A stretch of 63,870 bases of DNA, filler included, from Octopus bimaculoides (Eukaryota), in assembly GCF_001194135.2 (NCBI RefSeq). It is 4 parts of 4 records of this genome, joined end to end, with 100 filler letters (N's around TTAATTAATTAA, not from the genome) between each part and the next. Parts side by side here need not be neighbours in the genome. Positions count along the whole stretch, not along the records: positions 38,942 to 61,690 come from NC_068999.1; positions 61,791 to 63,870 come from NC_069000.1; 2 more parts are not named here. One strand, 5' to 3'. This document shows positions 54,001 to 63,870 of the stretch, in pieces. How positions within the stretch are numbered: position 1 is the first letter of the stretch; each line of letters starts with the position of its first letter. A program made the position numbers and the translations under genes. The notes below the pieces were generated by a model. That model had not been told where the DNA came from and ran no database searches. It was given only the letters and a program-made list of their open reading frames with translations.

Positions 54001-57000
54001 AAGTAGAAATTCCATGCTAGATTAATACCAAAATGGATAATAGCAGATATAAGTGTGTGTGTGTGTGTGTATGTGCATGTGTATGTTTGTGTGTCTGTGT
54101 TTGTCCCCCCAACATCAATTGACAACCGATGCTGGTGTGTTTACGTCCCCGTAACTTAGTGGTTCGGCAAAAGAGACTGATAGAATAAGCACTGGGCTTA
54201 CAAAGAATAAGTCCGGGGGTCGATATGCTTGACTAAAGGCGGTGCTCCAGCATGTCCGCAGTCGGATGCCTGAAACAAGTAAAAGAGTAAAAGAATCATG
54301 TCATTGAAATCTTGAAGGTATGAGATAATGCAAGACTAATTCAAAACTATGTGAATAAACAAGAATTACATTTGACATAGTAGTATGAATGCTAAAGGGT
54401 TAATTTCCCATGGTAGTATATCCTTTCAGTTCAACAGAAGATGTGTTACAGTATTTCTCTCTTAAGTTATTCTATTCAGTCATCATCATCATCATCATAT
54501 GTCCACTTTTCCATGTTTGCATGGGTCACATGGAATTTGTTGAGACAGATTTTCTATGGTTGGACACCCTTCTTATTGCCAATCCTTACCTGTTTCCAAG
54601 CAAGGTAATATTTTCCCATCGCTTGACATGTTTTTACAGAAGATTGGAAATGAACCAACTCATCTGTAGGATGATGGTGATCAATCACAACTATGTTTGG
54701 ACTAGGGTACACACACACACACACAAGGCATACATACATCACTGGCTTCTTTCAGTTTCTGACTACTAAATCCACTCATAAGGCATTTGTCGGTCAAGGG
54801 TTATTGTAGAAGACACTTGTTCAAGGTGCCTTACAGTGGGACCAAAGTCAAGGCTACATAGTTGGGGCAACCTTCTCAACCACACTGCCATGCCCACCCC
54901 TATATATAAATTTACCAGTGAAATGACTCATCAGTTTATCACTTAGTTAGGTTTTTATTAATAATTGCAGTTTGACACATTTTTTCCTGCTCTGCTCTCA
55001 ACCAAGAAATTTATTGATTTTATTTCAGTCAATCAAGCAATTTCATTATTTTCAAAATAAATTCTAACCTAGCTATTTTTGGTTTTCCCATGCACAAATT
55101 CTGTACATCTTTTGTTATCGTGGCACATATGTCTAATGGTGCTATCTTGCAAAATGCCATAAGCCACTTCTGGGTTCATATAAATTACTTGACCTTGGTA
55201 GGATTTAACTCAGAACTCACAATACCAGAATAAATATTGGATTCAAATTCTGGCACAAGGCCAGCAATTTCGGGGATTGAGGTAAGTCAGTTACGGTGAC
55301 CCCACTACTCAACTGGTACTTATTTTATCAACCCTGAAAGGATGAAAGGCAAACTCAACATTAGCAGATGCCAGAATAAACATTTGCAAAACATTTCATC
55401 CAGTACTCTCACAATTCAGCTAATTTACTGCCTATTAATTCACCTATTATCATTCAAACATACTTTGGTAGCAAGAAAAAAAACACCTACCAAATATATT
55501 TTTTCTTAGCTTTATAACTTCATAATTTTAATATGAACACTAAAGAGTTTTTTAAAAATTAAAGAGAATCAATATTGTTACTTATGTTTGAACAAAAATT
55601 GAAGTCAAAATTGATGGTAAGTTAGTAGTGCAGCGGTCATTATTATTACCTTTATTTGCCCATTAACATTTCTGTCTTGGCTATCTTCTGACTATGTTCT
55701 GTCTTATTTTCAGTGATGTTTATAAGAAACTAGTTCAAGATGGTTGCTTCTTTCTGAATCCTAAGAGTGGTTATACAAAACAAGCAGCTGATTTTGCTCT
55801 TGTTCTTCATGTAAGTAACTCTACTTTCAACTTGCAAATGGCTTATTTTGAAAGGTCTTGAATTGTGGCTTGGCACCAAATGAAAGTTTTAACCTACATG
55901 ATGACAGGCAGACATGGAAATTTGTTAAATCTAATGAGACATGGAAAAGAAAAACTAGCTAGTCTGAGAACACTGTACCTTCAATAGACAGCAATGAAAA
56001 AACTCCAGGAAATTAAACAACAGCAATCTGCCATCCCCTATATATCTTCATGATAGGTTTATAGCCAGGTACAAATTACTATCTGCACATGTCTAATATT
56101 TGTGCAATAAGACCCACCTTTTTGACTCTTACTTCAAAAGTGTCAACCCTGGTTTCATTACAGTCACAAAAACATGGCACACTCTTTATACTGTGATGGT
56201 GTTTTTAGCATGGTTGGCTACAACTTGTTTCATAAAATCACATTAATCATTGTGGGGGTGATGTGATGGTCTACATTTGTTCAAACTTTTCAGCAATTCC
56301 TTGTGATGATTTGAACCAACCACAATAAAAGTTATTTTTCTGTGCTATACATATAAACATGTTGACACTTCTACTTGGAGTTGCTTACCACTCCTCAGAC
56401 CACCATCAAGACACACAGCTTTTTGACATCCTCAGAGCTGCAACTAGGGAAGCAGCTATTTGTGTTTACATTGTTAGTGACTTCAATTACCCTGTCAGCT
56501 GCAAAGTGCAAGTGGTCTTGATTTAGTGGTGAATTTGTGCTGGTCACAAGTAATCCTTTCCCCCATAAGAAGTAGCAACACTTTGGATCTGCTCTTTACC
56601 ACTACCCCTGAAACGGTTATCAGTGTCACTACTAAGAAATCTTTAGGCAACTTTGACCATGCTATGATCATTGCCAATCTGTCTCTTATGGGCAGAAACA
56701 AAAACCATCACCACCTCCAAACTGCTTGCTTTGACTGGAACAAAGGAGACTGGAACTCTTACTGCACTGAGCTACAATGCCCAAACTTCCTTGAATTTTA
56801 CAATTCTGGAGATGTCAGTACTGCACTTCAGAACACCCTCAATTCGATCTGGGCCACATGTGAAGCATCCCAAAAGTGCAATTTGGGAGATGCAGCAGTC
56901 AGGAAAGAACATCATGATGTTGAACAGGAATACAGAGTATGTATAGAAGAAGGTACAATAGATCATTTAACCATCTCAAGCAGTTGACAAAAGAGGCAGT

Positions 57001-60000
57001 GCTTAAATTTGAACAACATATAGCAACCAACCCTGACAGTAAAGTGTTCTGGAAATATGGATGTTTGAAGCAGAGGCCTTATTCTTCTGTTGGCTCTCTT
57101 TGCAATCCCCACACATCAGATTACTGATGATCACAAAGAATATGCAGAACTTGCTGGCATTTTCACTGTTGAAAATCCATATGCACTATCTTCATCCCCT
57201 CTGACATCAAATTCTATAATGTCTGTGAAATATACACCTGCAATACTGTAACACCACCTCAAGAATAAGCACAACTGTGCCTCTCCTGGTTTTGGTGGTG
57301 TTACTTATCTGCTTCTAAAATGCAGCAGGTTCTTTTTTTTGCACTAGTTTTCGTTCTTCTTCCAATTCTGTTTTAATATCTGTCCCCCCAGAGCAGTAGA
57401 ATATTGCCTGTCATTCCCCTGTTCAAAAAGGGTGATTGCACATCACTTGTCAACTACCGCCCAGTCAGTCTTACTAGCTGCATTGCCAAACTGATAGTCT
57501 TGTCAGAGAAGCACTTTGGAACTTCTGGAACTCTCACAGCCTTATTTGACCCTCACAATTTGGATTTATCCTCAACTCCAGCTGCTGTGGTCAACTCATT
57601 GAGTTTCTTGAAAATATCACTCAAATCGCTGATGGTAGCTCATGGTAGCTTCCAATTCTGTGCCTCATAAACGACTTATGGCAAAACTCTGCAATGAAGT
57701 GTGAAAGATGGTCTTCATAACTGGTTGAACTCTCTTATTCTCAGTCAAAAACAGGTAGTCATAGTTTCAGGATATCATTCTTCACCCTATGAGATGATAC
57801 CTCTGGGATCTGTTCTTGGAGCCCTGTTGTTTGTTGCATATATTAATGACAAATGCCAGCTTGAAGAATGTTACAGTGTTGAAATATGCAGATGACATCA
57901 AACTGCACCTTATTTTTCATGCAATCAGACCCAGACATACTGCAGCAACAGATTGCTGACTGTGGTCAAGTGTGCCATCATGCATTTTGGGAAGAAAAAC
58001 CTAACTTTTATGTACTCCCTCAACAACACCAATCTTAAGAAGTCATGCTAGTGCACCTACTGGGTGCTTTTTGTGCTACCTGCACCATTGATGTTGGTAT
58101 GCAGCTTGCAGGACTATGAATCACTGGAGGGTGGGAGGGAAGCTTCATACTAGGTGATGAGGAGGTTAAACTATGAGAAGCAAGGTGGGCCAGAGAAGAT
58201 TCTTGTAAGTCTGCCTGGGTTATTTAATATACAGAGCTGTTGCTGTTTCAACCAAAAGCTTTTGGTCTTAATGATGATTTCCACTTAGCAGTTTCCTGAT
58301 CCCTTAAACTTATTCACTGAAAAATTAATTTAATCTTTTGATATTAATTTTTGAAAGGTCTATTTTGCTATTCTTCATCCATTGTTTTGTATCCGTTTTC
58401 TTTTCTTTTTTTTAGAAGTAGCAATTTATTCACTTTCTGAATCCTTGGCCTTTACCTGCACCTTCATCTGCTGTGTTGGTTTTTACCATTCTTTTATATT
58501 TTATGTGCTTTCCAAATTTTGTGTTCTTTTGTGTTCATTATGGAGAATCTTTTATTTTTAGCTCACTAATTATGGAAAGTTCTTTCTGTGGGCTTCAATC
58601 TGTCTATAAAGTCTTGTTTCTATGCCAATTGTTCACTGCTGCAGTTCTTGTTGGTTTTCTGTAGGGAAAAAAAATTATTTACATTCCTACTGCAGAAATG
58701 TAAATAATTTCAATTACCTCAGTGGTTTTTGAAATATTATCTCAATACAAACATTCTCTTTCAGCATTGTTGAAGGTAACCCTTTCTTTATACTGTTACA
58801 TTCCCTGATGCTGGTGCACGTTATTTTCAGTTGGTTATTACTCTGGATATCTGACTATTGTTTAGTTATCTGTATATTTTTTTATTGAGGTTTCAGATCC
58901 AGTCAATGGCTGGAATGGTTCCCTTTGTGCTTCAGCACTACCAGCATACATGACTGTATCATTTGGGATCTCCTGTACTTTGTCATCGACAGTGTAATTC
59001 TATTGATTATTGAAAGCAATAGCAAGGAAGTGGGGTGTGATGGGGTGGGGAAACTGATTGAGTTTCTATTAACAACAGGTTTTAAATCCTGACATCCAAC
59101 TGTTGTTCTACTGTGTCCATGTAACATTTGACTACAGATGGAATCAGGCAAATGTTCAATTTTTTGCAAGCTAGCTTAAGATATTTTTGGTGCTCCAGTT
59201 AATATTTTGAATTACAGGTATGGCAACATGCTTAAGTACCTGTGATGAGTAGATGTTTTATCAAAATCATCATCATATGTCTGTTTTCCATGCTGGCATA
59301 GGTTGGACAGTTTGGCAGGAGCTGGAGAACTACTTGGGCTCCATGTCTGTTTTAGCATGGCTTCTATGGCTGGATGCCCTTCCTAATGCCTTCCACTTTA
59401 CACAGTGTACTGGGTGCATTTATGCAACACATGCATGGGTGCTTTTACATGGCACTGACATGGGTGGCATGAGCATCCATAAGCCTGCAAGATTAGGAAC
59501 ACTCAGTTGAAGAGGCATGCAGGGAATATGCCTGTATGCAAAGATAACTGCATATTTACTTAACTTGATGTGTTTTCTCAAGCACAGCAAACCACTAGTT
59601 TTTAATATTATTATTCTGTTAACAATTTTTTCTTAGGAATTTATTTATTTTTATTATTATTAACAGATTAACCAGAATGGCAAGACTAGAACATCAGAGA
59701 GTTTCTAGTTCTATGCTTGATATGCTCCGCATTCAAATCCTTCTATAGCTTACTTTCATCCTTATAAAATTGATGATATAAACATTCAATTATATCCCTC
59801 TTTCAAAATTTCTATAATTATATAACTATTTAACACTAGTAATACTATTGCTATAACTCAATCTAATTAACAGGTTGGAAAGATGGACGAACGTTTACCT
59901 GTGCACATCAAATTCACAATATTGTCTGGAGACAAAGGATTTTATGAAGTTAGTCACCAGTTTGAAAATTCCAAGAGGCACATGCAAATTGTTGATCCAC

Positions 60001-60053
60001 ATCATTTTACAAAAGAGTCATACAACTCCCTTTTTCAGTTATCACAGGTTTAG
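39543..60053 (+). CDS. ZNF451: ZNF451-like zinc-finger / PIN-like domain protein, spliced CDS join(39543-39717,43230-43414,48385-48971,55714-55810,59874-60053), 5'-incomplete
   Basis: All four introns are GT..AG and phases chain 1,0,2,0 into one open frame of 408 codons ending TAG at 60051-60053. N-terminal part (YICQTCLLIFSSRINCLMHMSTTKH ... HVPVPLPK ... ITCTNCSDVLCEPTAVTNH) and C-terminal part (IIFLDLDNW, FLWAFYG, KWFPP, GCFFLNPK, AADFALVLH, FTILSGDKGF, VDPHH) follow the order of motifs I recall from vertebrate ZNF451 (FACPNCFLLFSRKEECSKHM; VFVDFDNW, FIWGFQG, GCFFLHP, AADFAICMH, FTILSGDQGF, LNPHH). Confidence 0.9.
41400..41900 (-). mobile_element. Penelope-like element GIY-YIG endonuclease remnant (intronic)
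   Basis: NCKCCRKSTCPLLNQCAKKNIVYKC..YIGATENQFKVRYRNHMSSFR..LADFIWGLKE..QIQW..KCDLCLEE. Confidence 0.88.
43230..43414 (+). CDS. ZNF451: ZNF451-like exon: C2H2 finger
   Basis: Acceptor ttttcttatttag/AT, donor CTT/gtaagc (phase 1 to 0); NSEHVPVPLPKVLETDFRRKCDMIPNYITCTNCSDVLCEPTAVTNHINNHHIVKCVSKKSL (C-x2-C-x12-H-x3/4-H). Confidence 0.88.
44357..44800 (-). mobile_element. RTE-type LINE C-terminal fragment
   Basis: LEVVDSFCYLGDQV, ARIRTGWAKFKEL, KGRLYDACV, ETWPLT, RGRPRKMWDEVVRKD. Confidence 0.88.
45692..46110 (+). mobile_element. piggyBac-like 5' end remnant
   Basis: TTAA (45688-45691) then CCC; subterminal 24-bp direct repeat actaaccc(a/g)gcc(g/a)tagc(t/c)ggccga (45702, 45746); short ORF from 45960 MERSFMLSSSDSEFEGFSTED, like an acidic transposase N-terminus. 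No matching right end seen. Confidence 0.55.
46830..47760 (+). mobile_element. RTE-like LINE RT remnant
   Basis: FRVPCLVIWWSLRKL, GSILSLHLFIIVLE, RELLFADDLVLI, NLAKTKVL, Cys-rich insert, SFCYLG, ARVRMGWRKFRELL; many stops. Confidence 0.85.
48385..48971 (+). CDS. ZNF451: ZNF451-like exon: degenerate finger, linker and start of PIN-like domain
   Basis: Acceptor ttttgcag/AAA, donor AG/gttagt (phase 0 to 2); contains CSSCQQIF, basic patch PSKRRRVK, and HIIFLDLDNWTGIFKHVHHYFPNETFLWAFYGAKTKWFPPK. Confidence 0.9.
49280..51131 (+). mobile_element. Decayed hAT (Buster/Charlie, SCAND3/ZBED8-like) transposon
   Basis: HPDK, KCGKPHTICETLLLPA, VPLGNSTV, NIPLTNIIAFATDGAPVMIG, HCVVH, LFHTEVQ*, VDVAYLSDIFTKLNEVN, LFIAFLSSYLVEKGFSVV; right TIR aggttaagaactactg followed by atgtagag (nnnTAnnn). 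Confidence 0.88.
54296..54404. mobile_element. piggyBac-type MITE end
   Basis: Ends ..gctaaagggTTAA; no partner end found. Confidence 0.4.
55714..55810 (+). CDS. ZNF451: ZNF451-like exon: PIN-like domain, middle
   Basis: Acceptor ttttcag/T, donor CAT/gtaagt; (S)DVYKKLVQDGCFFLNPKSGYTKQAADFALVLH. Confidence 0.9.
56330..58050 (+). mobile_element. CR1-type LINE ORF2 remnant (APE endonuclease + RT)
   Basis: VSDFNYP, NTLDLLFT, LGNFDH, VIPLFKKGD..NYRPVSLTSCIAKL, LGSVLGALLFVAYIND, KYADDIKL, KCAIMHFG. Confidence 0.9.
59874..60053 (+). CDS. ZNF451: ZNF451-like terminal exon: PIN-like domain end
   Basis: Acceptor aacag/GTT; VGKMDERLPVHIKFTILSGDKGFYEVSHQFENSKRHMQIVDPHHFTKESYNSLFQLSQV*. Confidence 0.9.
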   Translation, partial: VGKMDERLPVHIKFTILSGDKGFYEVSHQFENSKRHMQIVDPHHFTKESYNSLFQLSQV

Positions 60054-60105
60054 GTTCTTCTACAGAGAAATGTATTTTGTATATTATTTATTTTTATATG
60101 ATTAC

Positions 60106-60111
60106 AATAAA
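60106..60111 (+). promoter_or_regulatory. Likely polyadenylation signal of the ZNF451-like gene
   Basis: AATAAA about 53 nt after the stop, followed by a T/GT-rich tract. Confidence 0.5.
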
Positions 60112-61379
60112 CTGAATTGTTGCTTTTTATTTCATCATTGTTTAAATGTACACTTTTCCATGTCTGCATGGGTGAAATAGAATTCATTGAGGCAGATTCT
60201 CTACACTCATACCTTTCTTGTCACCAAGCCATGTCTGTTTCTAAGCAAAATAATATTTCCCTATGGCTGGAATAATTTTTTCCAGAAAAGAAAGGTGGGA
60301 AGGGTGGTGGGGACTTCCCTCTTGACAGAACGAAGAAATTTCCCACTGTCTTTGCAAGCAACAAGCAGGTGGATTTGGTTTCAGATCCAGGCAAGGCCAA
60401 ACGAGGTCCTACAAGTCATTTATTATGACAAGTGGCATTATATCGGGGTTGAAAGAATGATGTATATAATATTAAATATGCTAAGATAATCTGAAAACAG
60501 TAGAGACTTTTAAATATTTACCAGTTTTTATGAAATTTTGGGGTTAAGAGACTTGAGCTAATGGAAGCTAAATGTAACAGAAGTTAATTAATCCAATAAT
60601 GATTTTCAAAGTTAACTTAAAAGTTAAATTGTTAATGAAAATGTTAACTTCATTAATTAATGGTTAACGGACTTAGGCTCAACTCTGTATATATATGTAT
60701 ATGTGTATAAGGACCAAGATACCTGGTGCCTTGCTGTATTCAAGAAGACTCATATTCTGCAGCAGAAGTGTTAAGACCAGTTCCTCTGGTGGTGTCACAT
60801 AAGAGCACATTCTGTAAAGTGGTTGGCATTAGGAAGTGCCAGCATGGACAATGGATGTTAAATGATGATGTGCATGTGCATATGCATACACACACACACA
60901 CACACACACCATCATCATCATCATCATCATCATCATCATTTAACATCCATTGTCCATGCTGGCTTGGGTTGGACTGCACCAAGTTCCAATATCTGCTTTT
61001 TTATAGTTTCCACAGCTGGATGCCCTGGTGACAAGAGATTAAGGTACATTAGAGGGATTGAAAAGGGTGTCTTGCTGTGGAGGAGATTACTTAGCTGCCC
61101 CAGCTGGCAAAGAAAGAGGTGTCCTCTCATGTTACAGGGAGGTGAATATAAGAGAAGTAGTACAGAAGATTGGACAGAGTGAGTGGATAGGTAAAAAGTT
61201 TGTGTGAATATGAAACAGTGGCAGATGGATAGAGGTGGAGAATAGAAGGGAATGCAGTGAGTGCTAAACATGATGGAAGGAGAGGCTAGGAAGAAAAGTT
61301 ATAGGAGGAGTGGGTGTTTGAAAGATGAGTGGTGGGGGAAAAATTTAGCTAACAGATACTATCTACTTTCTCTTTGAGT

Positions 61380-61690
61380 GGAGGCGCAATGGCCCAGTGG
61401 TTAGGGCAGCGGCCTCGCGGTCATAGGATCACAGTTTCGATTCCCAGACCGGGCGTTGTGAGTGTTTATTGAGCGAAAACACCTAAAGCTCCACAAGGCT
61501 CCGGCAGGGGATGGTGGCGAACCCTGCTGTACTCTTTCACCACAACCTTCTCTCACTCTTACTTCCTGTTTCTGTTGTGCCTGTAATTCAAAGGGTCGGC
61601 CTTGTCACACTGTCACGTTGAATATCCCCGAGAACTACATTAAGGGTACACGTGTCTGTGGAGTGCTCAGCCACTTGCACGTTAATTTCA
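61380..61690 (+). mobile_element. tRNA-derived SINE family D, CpG-rich, truncated by gap
   Basis: ggaggcgcaatggcccagtggttagggc (A-box) .. gtttcgattccc (B-box), followed by a non-tRNA body. Confidence 0.75.
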
Positions 61691-62146
61691 NNNNNNNNNN
61701 NNNNNNNNNNNNNNNNNNNNNNNNNNNNNNNNNNTTAATTAATTAANNNNNNNNNNNNNNNNNNNNNNNNNNNNNNNNNNNNNNNNNNNNTGAATCCAAA
61801 CAGTTTTTTTCGCTTATGGCACATTTGTTGAATGAATAAAAATATTTTGGTGGACTTTGTGCATAAAATAATTAAAAAAAAAAGATATACGTATTGTCCT
61901 ATAAATATAAATAACTAGCAGCATTTTGTCCGTCTTTATGTTCTGAGTTCAAATTCCGCCGAGATTGACTTTGTCTTTCGTCCTTTAGAAGTCGAGAAAA
62001 TAAGTACCAGTTGAACTCCGGAGTCAACTACATCGATTTACCCCTCCCCTAAAATTGCTGGCATTGTGTCAAAATTTGAAACCATTACTATTGTCATTGT
62101 TCTTGTTGTTGTTGATATAAGAAGCAGCAGTAGCAGCAGCAGCAAC

Positions 62147-62195
<49 letters not shown>

Positions 62196-62499
62196 TCGTG
62201 CTCCTGTCTCTGATTAGCTAGTTCATCGGTTGTTTTGCTTCTATTGGTCGATTTCATTACTATCCGGTTTAACTAAATTGTTATTCTTTTGACGTCTGTA
62301 TTAGTTTGTATATTTGGTGTTGGAGAATTTTGTTTCATTCCCAGCTTGTTTTTCAATTAGATCCGGTTCTCTCTAAACAGTCGTTCTTTTTTTTATTGGC
62401 TACCCTGTTTGTAAATCGCTTGTCTGTTAAAACCGGTCCTACTGTGCCGCTCTTGCAATTTTCACTTCCGTTATGTGATTGGATATTTACCGTTTGTAA

Positions 62500-63640
62500 T
62501 TCAGAAAGGCTTATAAAAATGACTTTATCCTGGTGTCTGCATCGTGGCACATTCTCATTGGTTCTGTTGAGCAGGCATACTTGTTCCTTTATTCCGTTAT
62601 ACTTTTCCTGATGCACAAGCGATTGTGTTTCGAAACTATTTACGTAAGCGATGACACTGTCTATTATCGCCCAGTTTATATTTATAGTTTTCTCCCTTCG
62701 CTCCCAACCGTGCGTCAACTGAGACGTTGCGTTCTTTCCGTATATAATTCGAAACGTGTATCCTGTATATCTGACTTTAAATGTACAGTATAATCTATGA
62801 TTGAATGAGTAAGTTTCAGATAGTCGAAATATGTCTAGAAGGGTGTGTATGAGTCTATAGACAATTCTTTGTATTACATTTTCCCTCGCTCAGTCTTGCA
62901 GGTTACTTCCTTTTTAGACAATTTCCACTTAATGTAAAATGCTTTGATCCGTTTCGGTTATAGGATCGGTTGTAGGATAGAGGTCTCTGAAAACTTTGTT
63001 AATTATATGTATTTAGTTTCTTACACAGCTTTATCTAATCTCTTCGTTGTTCCCATTGAATCTTATGATATGTGTATAATTAGTATAACAGAAGACTTTT
63101 TTTTTTTTTGCCATACATGTCACTGCAGTTAGGGAGAAAAGCAGGTTGAACCAGATGATGTCTCTTCCTCTGGATTCTTCCCTTTTCTTTGTGTGTGATT
63201 TGGGTAAGACTCGTAATTTTTCTGTGAATCACCCAATTTTATTTCATTATTGAATGGTACTACTTGCTAGAATATCGCTATGTTCGAAAATTATTGTGGA
63301 GATTTATCTGGCTTATCTTTCTGACGAGGTATTTTGATATTGAGCGTAGTTGGAATGTTTGTTTAAAAATAATGATAGTTCATTCGGTTTTCTATATGAA
63401 TACTGTTTTGTTTTATATAGAGATTTACTGTAGATATGTTGGTTCAAGGACTTGTTTTGAGGTTAGCAACATTTATTAGTGTTCTTTTTTTCTAAATGTG
63501 AGCAATTCATGTTCATTTATGATTTTAGAGATTAATCAGCAATCTTCTCTGCAAGGTTTTATTGCAAGACTGGTCGGATATGTCTCTTAGATTTTTTCCT
63601 TCTTACATGTAAGGAAAACTAAAGTAGTTTGAACATGTGC
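62500..63640 (-). mobile_element. Penelope-like element remnant (RT thumb + GIY-YIG)
   Basis: YRKPNE..NKHSN, RGRDIIWFNLLFSLT (IWFNPP motif), LSGNCL, ININWAII..QEKY..LLNRTNENVPRCRHQDK. Confidence 0.82.
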
Positions 63641-63833
63641 TACACCAACGTGTCACATGGACGTAAAAAAAACATGCACACACACACATGCAATTGCTCA
63701 CACACGTGGGCGCGCACACACCCATACACAAACACTCTTCGAAGTCACTGGTCATCCTGTTTAATAAACATTAGTAGTCTACTCCAATACTGAGTCATTC
63801 ATTTAACCTCTTTTGTTTTTTTATCCTATATAG

Positions 63834-63870
<37 letters not shown>

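Larger units (their letters stand above)
21020..54900. mobile_element. Further SINE family A copies: 21020-21135(-), 26170-26310(+), 31656-31990(+), 36230-36385(+), 36980-37145(-), 42430-42560(+), 42585-42745(-), 45085-45240(-), 53290-53465(+), 54060-54295(+), 54735-54900(-)
   Basis: Shared head and body motifs aligned by eye; boundaries approximate. The span is an envelope, not one element. Confidence 0.8.
39778..61025. mobile_element. Family C repeats with RTE-type 3' tail and (GAT)n end: 39778-39880(+), 42200-42400(-), 43640-43850(-), 43912-44046(-), 44112-44350(-), 44812-45040(-), 46400-46595(+), 51335-51920(-), 53560-53700(+), 53755-53900, 54478-54700(-), 59270-59560(-), 60125-60290(-), 60780-61025
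   Basis: Common tail ccaacccatgc(t/c/a)agcatggaaa..ggacgttaaa(c/t)gatgatgat and ggcgttaggaagggcatcc motif. The span is an envelope. Confidence 0.8.

Noticed and set aside
61380-61455. tRNA gene
   Set aside because: The tRNA-like head runs into a SINE body; the cloverleaf is imperfect.
62605-62760. Hammerhead-like CTGATG..cacaa GCGA ttgtg..CGAAAC and ctgagacg..cgaaacg
   Set aside because: These are the antisense of the GIY-YIG coding region of the Penelope-like remnant, and the cores are incomplete.

Overview
Eukaryotic, AT-rich, microsatellite-dense genomic DNA with many N gaps. The repeat landscape (tRNA-derived SINEs, RTE-type (GAT)n tails, CA/TA/ATCT runs) points to a coleoid cephalopod, most likely an Octopus draft assembly (inference). 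Nearly all long ORFs in the supplied track are microsatellite or gap artefacts. The one host gene I can support is a + strand ZNF451-like gene: C2H2-type zinc fingers plus a C-terminal PIN-like domain. It has five phase-compatible coding exons (39543-39717, 43230-43414, 48385-48971, 55714-55810, 59874-60053; 1224 nt, 407 aa plus stop), and its 5' end is unresolved. The rest is decayed mobile DNA: an R4/Dong-type RLE retrotransposon, two mariners, Helitron pieces, hAT and piggyBac remnants, RTE, CR1/L2 and Penelope-like fragments, and several SINE families. The most unusual signals are: (1) the ZNF451-like putative nuclease gene; (2) a 40-bp minisatellite whose monomer is a chimera of R4 coding sequence and a SINE 5' end, with a 437-bp higher-order repeat; (3) an AT-rich foldback element embedded in (TA)n; (4) a sharp CpG-decay and repeat-family boundary that follows the gene body; (5) several intronic or 3' hairpins built from SINE tails. 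All homology calls come from my recollection of family motifs; no searches were run.
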